Assembly (NCBI GenBank): GCA_965649825.1
Contig: OZ287697.1
Span: forward strand, 62,001 to 126,000
Direction of reading: 5' to 3'
DNA: 64,000 nucleotides
From: Penicillus capitatus
Lineage: Eukaryota > Plantae > Chlorophyta
A program made the position numbers and the translations under genes. The notes under the pieces are model-generated. The model saw only the letters and a program-made list of their open reading frames with translations. It ran no database searches and was not told the DNA's origin. This document shows, one piece after another, positions 12,030-24,857 of the stretch (positions are counted from its first letter, which is position 1; each line of letters opens with the position of its first letter).

Positions 12030-14011
12030 TCAGACGTCCAATATAAAGCGTCTTGGATCTTCGATCAAGTCTTTAATACGTCTGAGGAATGTAACAGCCT
12101 ACGATCGCACAAAGCCCTTCCCTTTCGTCACTGCTATTTCGATGAGCTCGACCTCGCGTCCATCGATGAGTCTGTGATCGTAGGTCAAGGCAATGTACAT
12201 CATGGGTTTGATGACGGTTTCTGTTCCCTTGGCGACAGGTCTCTGTTGAATCGCATGCATTCCTACGAGACAAGAGACGCTTTCATTCTATCAAAGTGCT
12301 CTTGTCGGACCCAGAATGGCAGATTGAGGTGGATTGATAATGGGCGTGCTGAGCATACTGCCATAAACGCCTCCGTTCGAAATCGTGAACGTTCCGCCCG
12401 ACATCTCATCGATCGAGATGGTGCCATCTCTCGCTTTCAGTCCCAATTCCACGATGTTCTGCTCAAGCAAGCATACATGGGTGTAAAGGATGTTTGTGAT
12501 CCAGGCTTACTTTCTCGACATCTGCGAACGTCATCTTGTGTGCATCTCTTAGAACAGGAACCACGAGTCCTTTGGGAGTGGCAACGGCTAGCGACACATC
12601 GATGTACTCTCGGTACACGATCTCATTCTCTTCGATCACTGCATTGACGGCTGGTAGATCCATCAGAGCCGTGACAGATGCCTTGACAAACGCTGACATG
12701 AATCCTGAAACAGCAAGCCACAGTTCGGTCTGCATGGACGACCCCCCATGACCATGTGCCAATGCCTACCGAGTTTAACACCGTGTTTCTGCAGAAAGAG
12801 ATCTTTGTAGAGCGTGCGCATCTCAATGATGTTCGACATGTCCACTTCGTTGAACGTCGTTAGTAAGGCATAGGTATTCTGAGCTGCCTTTAGTCTCTGA
12901 GCCACACGCAAACGTAGACGGGACATTGGCACACGACTAGAGCAACACCATCATTGCACCTCAAACGTCTCCGAATGGAGGAGACAGACGTTTCCGGTCT
13001 TCCTGGTCGCGAAGACGGCTGTTCTGCTTCGGCTGCGACTTTCTTTGTCACCTGTACACCGTTTTCATCACACCTCAGGATCAGATAACATATGAGAGAT
13101 GACCGGCTCCGGTTTTGGAGGAGATTTCGGAGGTGGCTGCTCGGTCGGCTTTTCTGGTTCCTCTTCTGTTTTTGTGTTGGCCTCCACAGGCTCTGTTGTT
13201 ACATGTTCCTCCCTTTCGCTGCCTTCCAAAACAGCAATCTACCAGTACCGTCAGTCTTGAGCTGGCAGATGCCATTGTCCGTCACTCTACTTTGACAACA
13301 GGCTGTCCGACTTCCACTGTGTCCTGTTCTTTGACGAGAATCTCCACGACTTTGGCAGGGTCGGATCCGGTGTAGCGGACATCGATGGTCACTTTGTCCG
13401 TCTCAATCTGTGCGATGACATCATCCTCTTCCAACCGATCTCCTGCCCATGCAATATCACACACATACAGCAGTCGACACAGAAAAACAGAAAGCACCAG
13501 CATCTCTAAGGATAGCAGCAATCGTTCCCTCTGTCACGGAGTCTCCCATTTGTGGGACGGCGATGACACTCGAAGAACGCACAGATGCATGAAAATGATG
13601 CCATCTCACACCGCACACTCTCATTCTGTTTACCATTCGTCTGCTCTCCCCATCGCACGGGCAAAGAACACTTACGCATCAAATTCGTGTAATATGGGTC
13701 TGACAGCATTGGCTACATACAATCCGATAACCGTGATCTCATCCATCAGATGACGGTGGACCTGAAGGGACATAGGGAAGAGCGTTTGCCAATGCACAGA
13801 TCTCTCTCTGTCGAGTCTATAAAAAGCAAGAAAACATCGAACGTTTTTCGATCGGCAGAGGAGCGCGTGTTGGATCACGAACAAGACTGTCAGAGCGAAA
13901 AAAAGCCTCTGGGATATCGAAAAGAGTGGCCCTGTGTCGATAACGCACCAGTCGTCGGAAGACAGCGAGATGACGGCAGCGTTTAGCGGTCGCGCCAACA
14001 ATGCGGAACAT
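12030..14011 (-). CDS. DLST: Dihydrolipoamide succinyltransferase (2-oxoglutarate dehydrogenase E2), mitochondrial
   Basis: Lipoyl domain ([11 protein letters not shown]...[10 protein letters not shown]), [47 protein letters not shown]. Presequence [15 protein letters not shown]. Confidence 0.95.
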
Positions 14012-14092
14012 TTCGACGGCGACGGCGACGGCGTGTCTGACGGTCAAGTCACACGCAACATTAATCAAATGCTCTCGTTAATCACCATCCCG

Positions 14093-15053
14093 TTATTTTC
14101 GATGCTTCTTGCGTTTCCTCTTCTCGCGGTGTCTCTCTGACTTCTCCTTCTCTTTATGTCTCTTCAACACATCGAGTGCATGCTGTACCTCCTCCTCATC
14201 CGGAGGGCGCTTTTCAGATGCCAGCGGTAATCCTTGTCCAAAGAGACCTAACGCAGAAAGAGGGCACATTGTCGGAGACGCGATGGTGGATGGGGTCGAT
14301 GCCTTGACGGTATTGAAGGTGTGGCTGGTGTTGTGTGGCAAAAGGCTTGATGCGTGCCTCACGTTCCATCTTGCGCCGTTCGATGCGCGTTTTATATTCC
14401 ATGGCATTTCGATCAGTGGAATTGAGATCCAGTGCTCGATCAAAGTCCTTCAGTGCTGCATCGTAGAATCCTTGATTGGCATAAGCAGCTCCTCGCGCCA
14501 CATAAACATCGCAGCTGTTCGGATTGAGTTTCAATGCCTGTTCATAGGACTCGATCGCCTCTGTGTATTTCCCGGACTTGGCCAGAGCCACACCTTCTCG
14601 AAGGGCCACTTCCGACCAGGAAATATCCAATGCACCCTTCATGCATTTCCAGACATGCTCTGTTTGACGCCCATCGATCCAGAGGCCTCGAATGAGGGTT
14701 CCGCCGAAGGCATCCGTCTCTTGACGCACTCCGAGTTCTTTGGAAAGGCGAGGGACGCAGTCTGTTGCGTGAAAGGCTCTTTGCGACTGCAATTCGGTGA
14801 AGTAGTCATCGCGATGTCCTGACCGTCGGATCGCGAGAGAAGGTGACTCGAGACGTGCCGCTTTGCGCGAGAGAGAACTCTCGGACGTATCCGACCGTCG
14901 CTTGAGACTTCGAGAACGCCCTTCGCGTCGCTGGGTGTCGAGAAAGAGATGCGGCAAGAGCGATGCTTTCGCTTTCGCCACGCGCTCGGCCACCGATGGA
15001 CCATCGTCGACTGACGTCTGCATATCCATTCCTCTGACAACAGGCGCATTCAT
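14093..15053 (-). CDS. TPR-repeat protein, TTC14-like
   Basis: TPRs (GVALAKSGKYTEAIESYEQALKLNP; RGAAYANQGFYDAALKDFDRALDLN) and a basic K/R-rich C-terminus. Confidence 0.75.
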
Positions 15054-15288
15054 TCAGCACTGCCGTCGCATCATGTCTTTTCGCCGAAGATCTTCTCAAG
15101 AACCATGCGTGTGTGCGTTCGCATATGTGCGTGCGTTTGTTGCGTTTCGCCATCGTTTAGCATCGAGCGAGCTCCGACCCACCTACTGTCCGACTGAACG
15201 TTCTTCCTATCGCGTTCCGTTGCAGGAACTTTTCGAGGCGTTTACGCTTTTATCTATTTTCCCGTTCGCGCTGCTTCGTCGTCGCATC

Positions 15289-17214
15289 ATGTCCAAGGAC
15301 GCCGTCAACAACAGCAACAATGACCTTCGCAAAGAGAACTTCGATGACACCGAAGGCCTCGACGTGCTGCCCGACTATGAAGGACTCGGTGCCGAAAGCG
15401 ACGAGGGCGAAGGAGGAAAGAAAGGACTCGCCGTTCGTTCGAGTGGTTTCAAAGAATTCATGTTGAACAAAGAAGTTTATCGCGCCGTGCTCGAGAACGG
15501 TTTCGAACATCCGTCCGAAGGTACGCCGTTCGCCGAAAGCCGCAAGGAAGAGAGCGCTGGACACAGTGCAACATGAATGCATCCCCGAGGCGTTGTTGGG
15601 CCGCGACTTGGTCTGTCAGGCGAAGAGCGGCATGGGCAAAACTGCCGTCTTCGTCATCGCCGTTCTCCACCAGATTCGTCCAACGCCGAACATCGTCTCC
15701 GCCATTGTGCTCGGCCACACTCGCGAACTGGCATTTCAAGTGTGTGACGCCTCCCGTATGTGTGTCTTTGTGAATGAGGAGAGTGTATGTTCGTGCACGC
15801 AGATTACGAAGGAGTTTGAGCGGTTTGCTGTGTATCTGCCTAATGTGGTGGTCATGCCTGTGTTCGGTGGTGTCTCGTTGACTGGACAGAAAGATCAGAT
15901 TATGATGAAGTATCCGAATATCGTCGTCGGTTGCCCGGGTCGCGTCAAAGCTTTGGGCCGAGACAAGATTCTTGACTACAGTCAAGTCAAGCACTTTGTG
16001 ATGGATGAGTGCGATAAGATGCTTGCAAAGATGGACATGCGCGCAGACGTGCAGGAGATTTTCAGAATGACGCTGCACAACAAGCAAACCATGATGTTCA
16101 GTGCGACGATGTCCCGTGAGAGTCGCCTGATCTGCAAGAAGTTCCTCCACAACGTATGTGCCGACCCCATCCGTCATACACCCTCTTTTGTCCACACATC
16201 ATGATGCAAAATTCACGGGCTTGGCATCGGTGGAGCTCTCTCTCAGTCTCTGGGAAGAAAGCTTAGAAGAAGCCGTTCTCTGTGATTCTCATCGTCGATG
16301 AGACACCATCATGGTCATGGGCATGATTTAAATGATCGATCGATTCGTTTTTCTTACACATGGGAAGCCGAGATGATGGACATCACAGATCTCATGCCCC
16401 TGGCATTGTCCGGCTCAGCCGTAGCTTCCGTTTCTTTGCATGCTGTCGGAGCGGGTCTTCATCCTCTGTGTGTGCTGTGCAGCCGAAAGAGGTCTATGTG
16501 GATGACGAATCGAAACTCACACTGCATGGTCTGGTGCAGCATTTCATCATGCTAACGGAGCCCGAAAAAAATCGCAAGCTCTGCGACGTCTTGGATGCTC
16601 TCGATTTTAATCAGGTGGAAGCCCGCCTGTTACAAACGCTTTGTGTGGGAACATAGATGATGTGACTGACAGGTGGTCATCTTTGTCAAATCGGTCATGC
16701 GTGCCAAAGAGCTCAACTCTCTGCTCAAAGCTTACAACTTTCCATCCACCACCATCCACAGAGGAATGGACCAGAATGAACGGTGCGCTATACATCAGAG
16801 TCACGGTACCTTCTGACGCGCTGTCTCTGTTCAGTCTGAAAGTCTATCGCGACTTCAAGGAAGGGCAAGAACGCATTCTCGTCGCCACAGATCTCTTTGG
16901 CCGCGGCATCGACATCGAACGCGTCAACATTGTCATCAACTACGACATGCCTGAGACAACAGAGCATTCAGACGGTGCCGACACCTATTTACACAGGGTC
17001 GGTGCTCTTTTCGATGACGCTTCCCTTTTCATCACGCCTGTCATGTGAGCAGGTTGGCCGAGCGGGTCGATTTGGCACGAAAGGGCTTGCCATTACCTTT
17101 ATCGCTTCCGAAGCCGATTCCACCGTTCTCAACAGAGTCCAAGAGCGTTTCGATGTTTGCATTTCTGAAATGCCTAATGACATCGATCCGAAGACGTACA
17201 TGAACAGGGAGTAA
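15289..17214 (+). CDS. UAP56: DEAD-box RNA helicase UAP56/SUB2
   Basis: [87 protein letters not shown]. Confidence 0.97.
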
Positions 17215-17344
17215 ATCACAAGATGTATCTTTGTGAATCCGTCATTCCTTAATGGCTACGGTTCAGATCCATCCATGCACATGCGTTTGTGCGCCCGGAC
17301 GTGTGATATCTTTGTGTTCTGATAATGGTGATGACATGTGTCAG

Positions 17345-17791
17345 TCAGCATTTGCGTATGACTTTCCATATCTCTTCTGCGTGTTCCCCGTGTGGATTTC
17401 GAATACGATCACTATCAATTCTTTGGCTGTATTCACTCTCGATCACTTCCATCACACTCTCGATTCCGATGATCTGTTCTGCTAACGTCACATCACGCAC
17501 AAGGAGTTCTGGCGCCTCTTGGATCAAAGGCTCCAAATGGAGTGCTTCCTTGGAGATCTGCAGTCGCCAAGGACAAATGTATGTCCGGATCGTATCACTG
17601 TTACGGTCGTGTAAGAGCGATACTTGAGAGATCAAACCGAAACGCGTCTCGCCACTGTCACGGTGTCGGTAGACAACGACATCCCACTCGCGAATCTCGA
17701 CGGGATGCTGCGCTGCATGCAGTCGCTTTGGCCTCGTGGCGACGGAGCTCGCCTGTCGGTGAACGAAACCGCGTGGCGTTATGAATGACAT
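17345..17791 (-). CDS. Conserved plastid-type protein of unknown function
   Basis: Transit-peptide-like N-terminus and C-terminal motif QRIDSDRIRNPHGEHAEEIW. May contain one intron. Confidence 0.55.
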   Translation of the reverse strand: MSFITPRGFVHRQASSVATRPKRLHAAQHPVEIREWDVVVYRHRDSGETRFGLISQVSLLHDRNSDTIRTYICPWRLQISKEALHLEPLIQEAPELLVRDVTLAEQIIGIESVMEVIESEYSQRIDSDRIRNPHGEHAEEIWKVIRKC

Positions 17792-17888
17792 CGTTCTTGA
17801 TAATGGTTGGGAAGTGTCTGTGATCGATCGCCTGTCTACTATCCTGTCCTTAGCAATTCACACTTTCTCCTTGCTTCTCACTCTTTTC

Positions 17889-18355
17889 TTAACTGTAAGC
17901 TGCTTTTCCGCGGAGGCATTCGTTGGCACACCGCTGAAGGCATTTCTCATTCCAGGCAGGGACTTGATGTACGTTTGTGCAAACAGACCGTCCACATGCA
18001 TCGGTGCAGGCATCGGTAGCAGAGACACCACAGACAGTCACACAACTTCCAGGAGTGGGTTCCTGGGCATCACATATGTTGTTACGGTCTTTGAATGGTA
18101 TGAGACAAAGGAGTCTCACCTTGGCCAGACTGCCCATTCTTCTCAACAGCCGATCGGACGTGCACACACGTTCGCAGATGAATTCGTTGTCGCCCCTTTG
18201 TTACGACACCTGTGTGAGAGATGGATGGGCGAGTGCTGTCGACGATACCTGGCGGTTCGATCACCGGGTTTCTTGCGCCGTCGACCGGTGGCGAGTTTAA
18301 CGATAAAAGCGACGGGAACTGTCAAGCCCGCCGCCCAGTAATAGTACTTCTGCAT
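17889..18355 (-). CDS. Small green-lineage Cys-rich protein with N-terminal TM segment
   Basis: C-terminal SCVTVCGVSATDACTDACGRSVCTNVHQVPAWNEKCLQRCANEC matches, from memory, a conserved plant Cys-rich motif. N-terminal hydrophobic MQKYYYWAAGLTVPVAFIV. Confidence 0.7.
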
Positions 18356-19028
18356 TCCACTGTGCGCCTGACCCGTTTGGCAGAAAGAGAGAACAGTAGA
18401 TCGAGAAATGACTCGTGTCGATGAAACTTCGCAGTAGATAATGAATGGCATGGACGAGAAATGGCCGGGAGATAGAAATTCCAGGAAACCGGACAAACAG
18501 TGCCTTGCACTGCAGCCAAGGTTCAATCACGTTGCCGCGTGCAGACCAACAGTCGTTCCTAAGCTTTTAAGTCTGCAGAAATCTGGTCATCTAAAGCCTG
18601 TCGATGCTTCATACCTCTGGCTGCGTTTGAATGCACCTTTTACACAAATCTCGCCAATGATGCCCTTTAAGAGCTGCCTTTGCAGTATTGTATGTTTCTT
18701 CATAATGTAAAAGCGATCTTCTTGTCTATGTGGTTATGAGTATCTTGCCTGATTTGACAGCGGCTCGACATTGACTCTTCTATCGGCTATGATCGACGTT
18801 TCTTCAACGGGATAATTGTTGATATGGACAGCAAATCCAAACCTCCCCAGCAAAGTGAAGAACATTAGGCAACAAAACCCCTCCTATCTGTAATCGATCT
18901 CATGCTACTGCATAACATCTACCGTGCCAGAATGTTGCCAGACGAATACATCAACGAGCCCAACGTCACATCAAAAGATTCAAGAATCGTGCTACCAAAG
19001 AAAAAGACCTGTAAATCGGTTGAATGCT

Positions 19029-19190
19029 TGTCAGCGAAAGATTTGACGCAATACAGAGCAAAAGGTTCACATGTGTCCACGTTCATGTCTTTTTACGTCA
19101 CAGGTGACATGACACGTCGTGTAAGCGCCCCTTCGGAGACAGAACCCTTGGACAACAAGACACGTCACATCGTGCCGGTCCTGTTCTTTT
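19029..19190 (+). repeat. Dispersed repeat copy A (inverted partner at 24182-24345)
   Basis: gagcaaaaggttcacatgtgtcc...cacaggtgac...acacgtcgtgtaagcgcccc...agaacccttggacaacaagacacgtcac...cctgttctt is shared with the reverse complement of 24182-24345. Confidence 0.9.
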
Positions 19191-19225
19191 GACTATCCTT
19201 TGTGCTCATTACTGATCGACCGCCG

Positions 19226-19712
19226 TCATTTTGATCCGTCCATCGGAGCTTCATTCTTGGAAATCAACTGCATCTCTATAAGACTGTCGGTGGCTTTCCC
19301 GACCTTCTCTTTTAGTCTCCTACGTTGCCATAGGCGTGTGGACCGGAGTGAATCTAAGTGCATCAGATCTGTTGGTTGCGAATGCTGGAAACAATGACTC
19401 GCCGAATGATGACAAACATGCAAGAGGAGTGCAAGCTATTGATGTAATCGCGTCAAGGTCGTTTGAGAGTCCCAGAATAGCAAACAGTTTCTTACAATTC
19501 GTCAGTCGGAACTCTGTGATCAAACTGTGGAGGACTGACACCGTGTCAATGAAGATGACAGAAGATGAGTAAGAAACAAATGAAAGATCGACATAACCGC
19601 GCTTCTTGTAGGATGTGTCCAGTCTGAGATCGTTCGATTGCCGGAGAATCAAATCGCTCGTGATGGGAAGAAGTTCGGTTATCGCGCTATGCAAAGAGTT
19701 CTCGGCCTTCAT
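19226..19712 (-). CDS. Possible hypothetical protein (exon fragments)
   Basis: Consecutive minus-strand ORFs with protein-like composition. Structure unresolved and no family recognised. Confidence 0.25.
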
Positions 19713-20689
19713 GTGATTTGGAACAACAACGGCAGGAGGAATTGGAGATAGAGTTGCTGGTCCAAGAAAGGTGATTCTGAGCTGGTGTTAAATGCCGTCT
19801 CGGGCCCATGACGGAGCGACACGCTCCGACGCCCAGAACGACTCAACAAAGGTCAAGGGTTACAGGAAAGTGTAGACAATCAGACAGGCATAAAGGTCTT
19901 CTTAATGACGCGGTTTACGTATAAATAATGTCGTCGATTCGATTCGTGCCGTTACGATCGTATCGTCACATGATTGACTCAGTGAAGTCAATCCGGCACT
20001 TTAACAGCTGGAAGATGTACTGCGAGGAACTGATGAATTGCAAAGCTTGGGGTCTGTTCACGAGTAGTCTTGAACCACGGTCGCCAATGAAAGAAGTCTT
20101 ACTTTCCAGGCGAGGTGCTTGAGAGATTCGTCTCGGTCGCCGTTTTGTCGCTGTTTTTCGGCTTTCCACGCATGGCGAATCCACCTTCGCTCTTGACGCC
20201 TTGTTCTGCTAGTACGGGATTTCTTCACATCAGTAATGCATCGTCCACATTCTGTCGTGTCTGATAGTAGGGGTGGTTTTTGATGCGGATCAGTTTTGCA
20301 TGGAGAAGGGCTGAAGCTGTGAGGTGCGTGCGATACGAGGGCGAGTGATTGGAATATGCACTGTGTGTTTTGCTGACACTGTACGAGTAACCGAGGTCCA
20401 CTACTGGGTCAAAAGAATGTGCGGATGCAGTGGAAACTCTCCAGTTTATCGTAAGGCGGTTGACTCATTTGCTGTAAAGCGTTGCCTCACCGGCGACACA
20501 ATCAAAAAGCTTTTGGTTCGTAAGAAGTCGCACTCAGGTGTAGTTAGTAAAAAATCATTGAACGTCATTATTTGCAGATTGTGTCAGTTTTGGAATTTCC
20601 GTTTTACTGTGTGAACAAGAGTCTTGTTGTCTTGTTGTGAGGCCGCACTGTCCGTTTCGAGTTTCGACGTGTCATTCGACGTGAAAGCC

Positions 20690-22287
20690 ATGTGGACTGC
20701 CGTCCTCTGTTCTCTGCTCGTCGCACTCGTGACGCGTATCCTCTGGCGCAGATGGAAGTACGACCTCCACAAGGTACCGAGTCCGCCTGGCTGGCCGATC
20801 CTGGGTCACAGTCTCGACTTCGTCAACAGCGAAGTACTCAGAAACACATGGAAATGGTTTGGACAAGGTCTCAAGCGCCTCAATTACCCGAGTTTGATGA
20901 GGGTTTGATGCTCGCTCTCGTCAGCTGTTCAAATTTTCGCTGTAGATTGATGTTTTTGGTAAATCTTTGGTGGTGGTCACGGATGACGAGTTCATAAAAA
21001 ACGTTATAATGTCGAGCAGAGATCCCTTTCCTAGAACCGTCGAAAACGACAATTTCATTCTTCCGGTGAGCTCATTGACAGATGAGATCAAGTGATTTGT
21101 GCTTGTAGATGATAGGCAATAATCCACAAGCCAGATCATTTGTGCTGCATGCTAAAACGACGCCATACGTCAAGGCGGTTCGTAAAGTTTACTTAACCGC
21201 ATTTCAGTCGAACAATCTAAGAGTGGTGATGCCGAAGATCCACGATGTCATGCAAAAAATGATCTCCATCATCGAATCTGCATGGGAGGACGGACCGATC
21301 GACGTCCAGAAACTGTCCGTATCGTTAACTCTGGACTTCATTGGTTCTATCGCCTTCGACAAGAATCTGGGCGGTTTGGATGGCAGTGGTGAGATCCTCG
21401 ACCATATTTTGGCAGCTGGATACATCGCGAGAGAAGCTTATGGCAATCCACTCAAGACTGTCTACTGTAAGCTTTTTCCACACTCTAAGGTTGGACGACA
21501 CCGGAGCTCGGTTCTCGGAAAACTGCACAAAGAGTGGAAACGGCTCACGGATGAGATATTGGCGCGAGAGGACCCTGTCAACGACGAAGAGCCCATCTGG
21601 TACGGACTGAAATATCTGATAGATCCGGAAACGAAGAAACGACTGGATTACGACGGCTTACTGGCCGAGGTTGCGACAGTTGTGTTTGGCGGGATGGACA
21701 CCACAGGACATCAACTCGCATGGATCCTTGGTCTCTTGGCTGCTCGCCCCGACGTCGTCGGAAAGATGTTAGACGAGTTGAAGCAGCACGGTCTGTACGG
21801 AGACACTCAGAAAGAACTGCAATTCGAAGACTTGTCGAACCTGACCTATCTCAATGCTGTCGTTAGGGAGGGCATGAGAGTAGTGCATATTTTTCCGGCA
21901 GGCTTCGCTCGAAGTGTGCCAAGGGACATGAGTATTCTCGGATACAGAATCCCGAAGGGGACGACGATTCTGCTGATTGGCAACCGCGCGTACCACATTG
22001 ACACAGACTGGAACGATCCGGAAAGCTTCAAGCCAGAGAGGTGGCTCAACGACGATGCGATCTGCCGTTTACATAACCTACATTTCTCTTGGGGCCCTAG
22101 AGATTGTCCCGGACAGAAGTTGGCGATGCTGGAAATACGAATTGCCATTGTCGCTATCTTCCAAAAGTATGTGGTGTCCTTGGTTGGCTCGTATGCAGAC
22201 TTGGCGGACAATACTGTGGAAGGACTCGTCACCGAAGCCGAGGACGGCATCTGGTTGAATTTTACGCCGAGAAAGACTTCCACTTAG
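20690..22287 (+). CDS. Cytochrome P450, ER-anchored
   Basis: N-terminal TM anchor then PSPPGWPILGH; I-helix GGMDTT; ExxR (EGMR); PERW; heme motif FSWGPRDCPG. Confidence 0.95.
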
Positions 22288-24181
22288 CAGGACAGAAGCT
22301 TTTCATCATCCATCGATCATTACTTTTCAAATAATATCGCTTTCTCTTGCATGAGGATACTGAATGCCAAGCGCAAAGAGAAGTGTGATTAGCGACTATT
22401 CTTTTCACCTGCAATGCATGTTGGAAGGATTTTACTCTCCGTTGAAACTCATCTGTAATGCAATGCTGGTTGACTTTATACATCTCTCTCGCATTATCCG
22501 TCGTTATTTCACCGCGCAGTATAATCTCACTGGTCGTATGACCCTCACTCGGACTGATGGTATTTGTGAGCCATCATCTGCCGAATGATCGAGACTATTG
22601 ATTATTGTGGCGACACGAGCGATATCGAAATCTCTTGAATAGAAACAAACAGAACAACTCTTCGTTACAGATGATGATGTTTTTTTTTTCAAATCGCCCC
22701 CCTTTTATATGGTTTTCTAACATGACGTTATGATGGCGTCATGCTTCATGTCATGATGTCATCTTCCTCCTCAGTTCTTCTTCCTTCCTTGACTTCATGA
22801 CAGTGACAGTGGTTTAACTTTCGGCTATGTTCTGACCGGTTTTGTGCGCGTGCTTAACGTTTACGATAAAGACCAACGGCTTCGGCCAACGGCTTTTGTC
22901 GACAGTATTCTCCACAGGGACATTTGATTGTGCAAGATGCGGGTTATTTCGAGACATTTGGAGACATACTCCTCACAACTGTGCCTTTTTGGAGACAAAT
23001 GAAGATAAATGTGAGATCAAATAGGCACCGCGGAACTCTTCGTGTGAATTAAATGTGTCTGTGCTGTACGATTGCTTGTCCTTGCCATGAATGCAGCTGG
23101 CGTCTTTTCGTTCTCTCAGCTCAGATCGCTTCAACCGACAAGTCCCAACACCGCGGTGAGTGGAATTCCATCTGCAAGGCAATGCTCCTGTCTGAAATGC
23201 GAATTCTGCAATGTCCGATTACTCTGAGTCGAAGAAATGGTACCCGATGGGCGAAACCATTAACTGTGTGGAAACGAGAGCACGATAAGAAGAATGTCTG
23301 TCTGCACAAGGAAGGGTCAACGCGACGGTTGAAGTGTCAGTCAAAAGAAGGCGCCATTCTAATGGAACGGTGATGGGACTGGACACTGATGTAACCGGTG
23401 ACATTGCTGTCACTTCATCTTTTCGCGCCCTTGGCTGCGCGACGTAACTGTCGCTTCCGAGTCGCGATGAGTAGGCGTGAGTCAGGGTGACTAGGAATGA
23501 GCTCTTATGAAGTTCACACTGAAGTTCCATGGAAGCTTCTAGAATCTCATTTGGAACTCACTCTTGACCTTCGTATGTTTTTTCCTGTTGTCACAATGAA
23601 GGATTGCGTATTTAAGTGAGGGTCGGACACGTAAAACATCTTTTGCTCGCCATCCAAGTTGCACTTGTGTCTGTGAATCACATACAATCTGTTTCTCTTT
23701 GTCAAACATTTGCTGTCTATCGTCGCTGTAATAAGTTATCTCTTCGCTGCAACTTTTGGCATGGCCTCCGATATCCATGCTCATCCTCATCTTGCTTCAA
23801 GACGTCCGTTGCGCTTGTGAGATGAGCCAACCCGGAGACGATTCAGGCACGCACTCTCCCCGTCAACCTATCCGCTGCCGTGCAAACGAGGGGGAGATAC
23901 ATGTCAGCGCAGAAGACACCCTAAGGAACGTGAGGGTGAGGCAGCCGGAGGGAGTTTTTCGCAGTCTCACATGTTAGATTCCACCGTGTATGTTTCTTTT
24001 GACCAAGTAATCGCTTTTCACTCCTCCTATTGAGCAGGTAACCATTGTACGTCATAACCGACTGAGTATCACAATCGAACCACCACGGATTTTTTGTTTC
24101 CGACAAATAGCGCTTATTCATAATTTTTCATACAGTCCGAATACGTTTCCAAACTCGCGATAGAAACTCATGTGTCATTGT

Positions 24182-24345
24182 CAGAAGAACAGGGCCGTCA
24201 TATCGTGACGTGTCTTGTTGTCCAAGGGTTCTGCCTTTGAAGGGGGCGCTTACACGACGTGTCGTGTCACCTGTGGCACACAAAGACATGCACATGGACA
24301 CATGTGAACCTTTTGCTCTCTAATACGCCAATCCTTTCGCTGACA
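24182..24345 (-). repeat. Dispersed repeat copy B (inverted relative to 19029-19190)
   Basis: Reverse complement aligns with copy A, including a conserved AAG|GT...CAG|G intron-like segment. Confidence 0.9.
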
Positions 24346-24665
24346 GTCGTCTCACACACTTGAGTGGCTAAATGCAAGTCATGAATTGAGGTTTTATTTC
24401 GGTCACATTCATCGCCACATGCCTTGCCGTCCATGACAATCGACTGAACCCTGCGCAGTCCGTGCATAGCGAAGGTGTACGGTGGTGACACGAGAGACAG
24501 CAAGTGCTGCTTCGCGTGCAAACCGTCAGCATCACTTTGAGAACTCTGTCCAATGTCGTAACGCACCTCGCCCGTCCAAATGATGTCGGTTGGCACACGT
24601 GTCATACTTGCCCGGGGCAATGTCGACAATCCGTTAAGGTGTTTGGAACGCTCGCATGTTCTCAT
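24267..24665 (-). CDS. Possible small hypothetical protein
   Basis: ORF MRTCERSKHL...VSERIGVLESKR followed by a consensus intron; if spliced, TGA follows immediately. Its 3' part is the repeat shared with 19029-19190. Confidence 0.3.
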   Translation of the reverse strand: MRTCERSKHLNGLSTLPRASMTRVPTDIIWTGEVRYDIGQSSQSDADGLHAKQHLLSLVSPPYTFAMHGLRRVQSIVMDGKACGDECDRNKTSIHDLHLATQVCETTVSERIGVLESKRFTCVHVHVFVCHR

Positions 24666-24857
24666 TCATAGCTTTTCGTCGCTATCGGAGAAAGACCCGA
24701 AACTGCCACCCCATCGATGTCTTCGCAAAGTAGACGCGCTTCTCTTTCTGTCTCATATACAGAACAGTAACGCAACAAGGTATTTTAAATGGAATAACAT
24801 ACTTCCACTCGACGAGGACCGTACAGCCTGCCACTCGAATCGAGGTTTGTCTCTTTC

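Noticed and set aside
22300-24180. Possible gene or pseudogene in the gap after the P450
   Set aside because: There are some splice-like sites and short ORFs, but I could not assemble a coherent frame or recognise a domain.
19029-24345. TIR transposon capturing the P450
   Set aside because: There is no TSD at the repeat ends, similarity fades gradually rather than at a sharp terminus, and the repeat contains a consensus intron.
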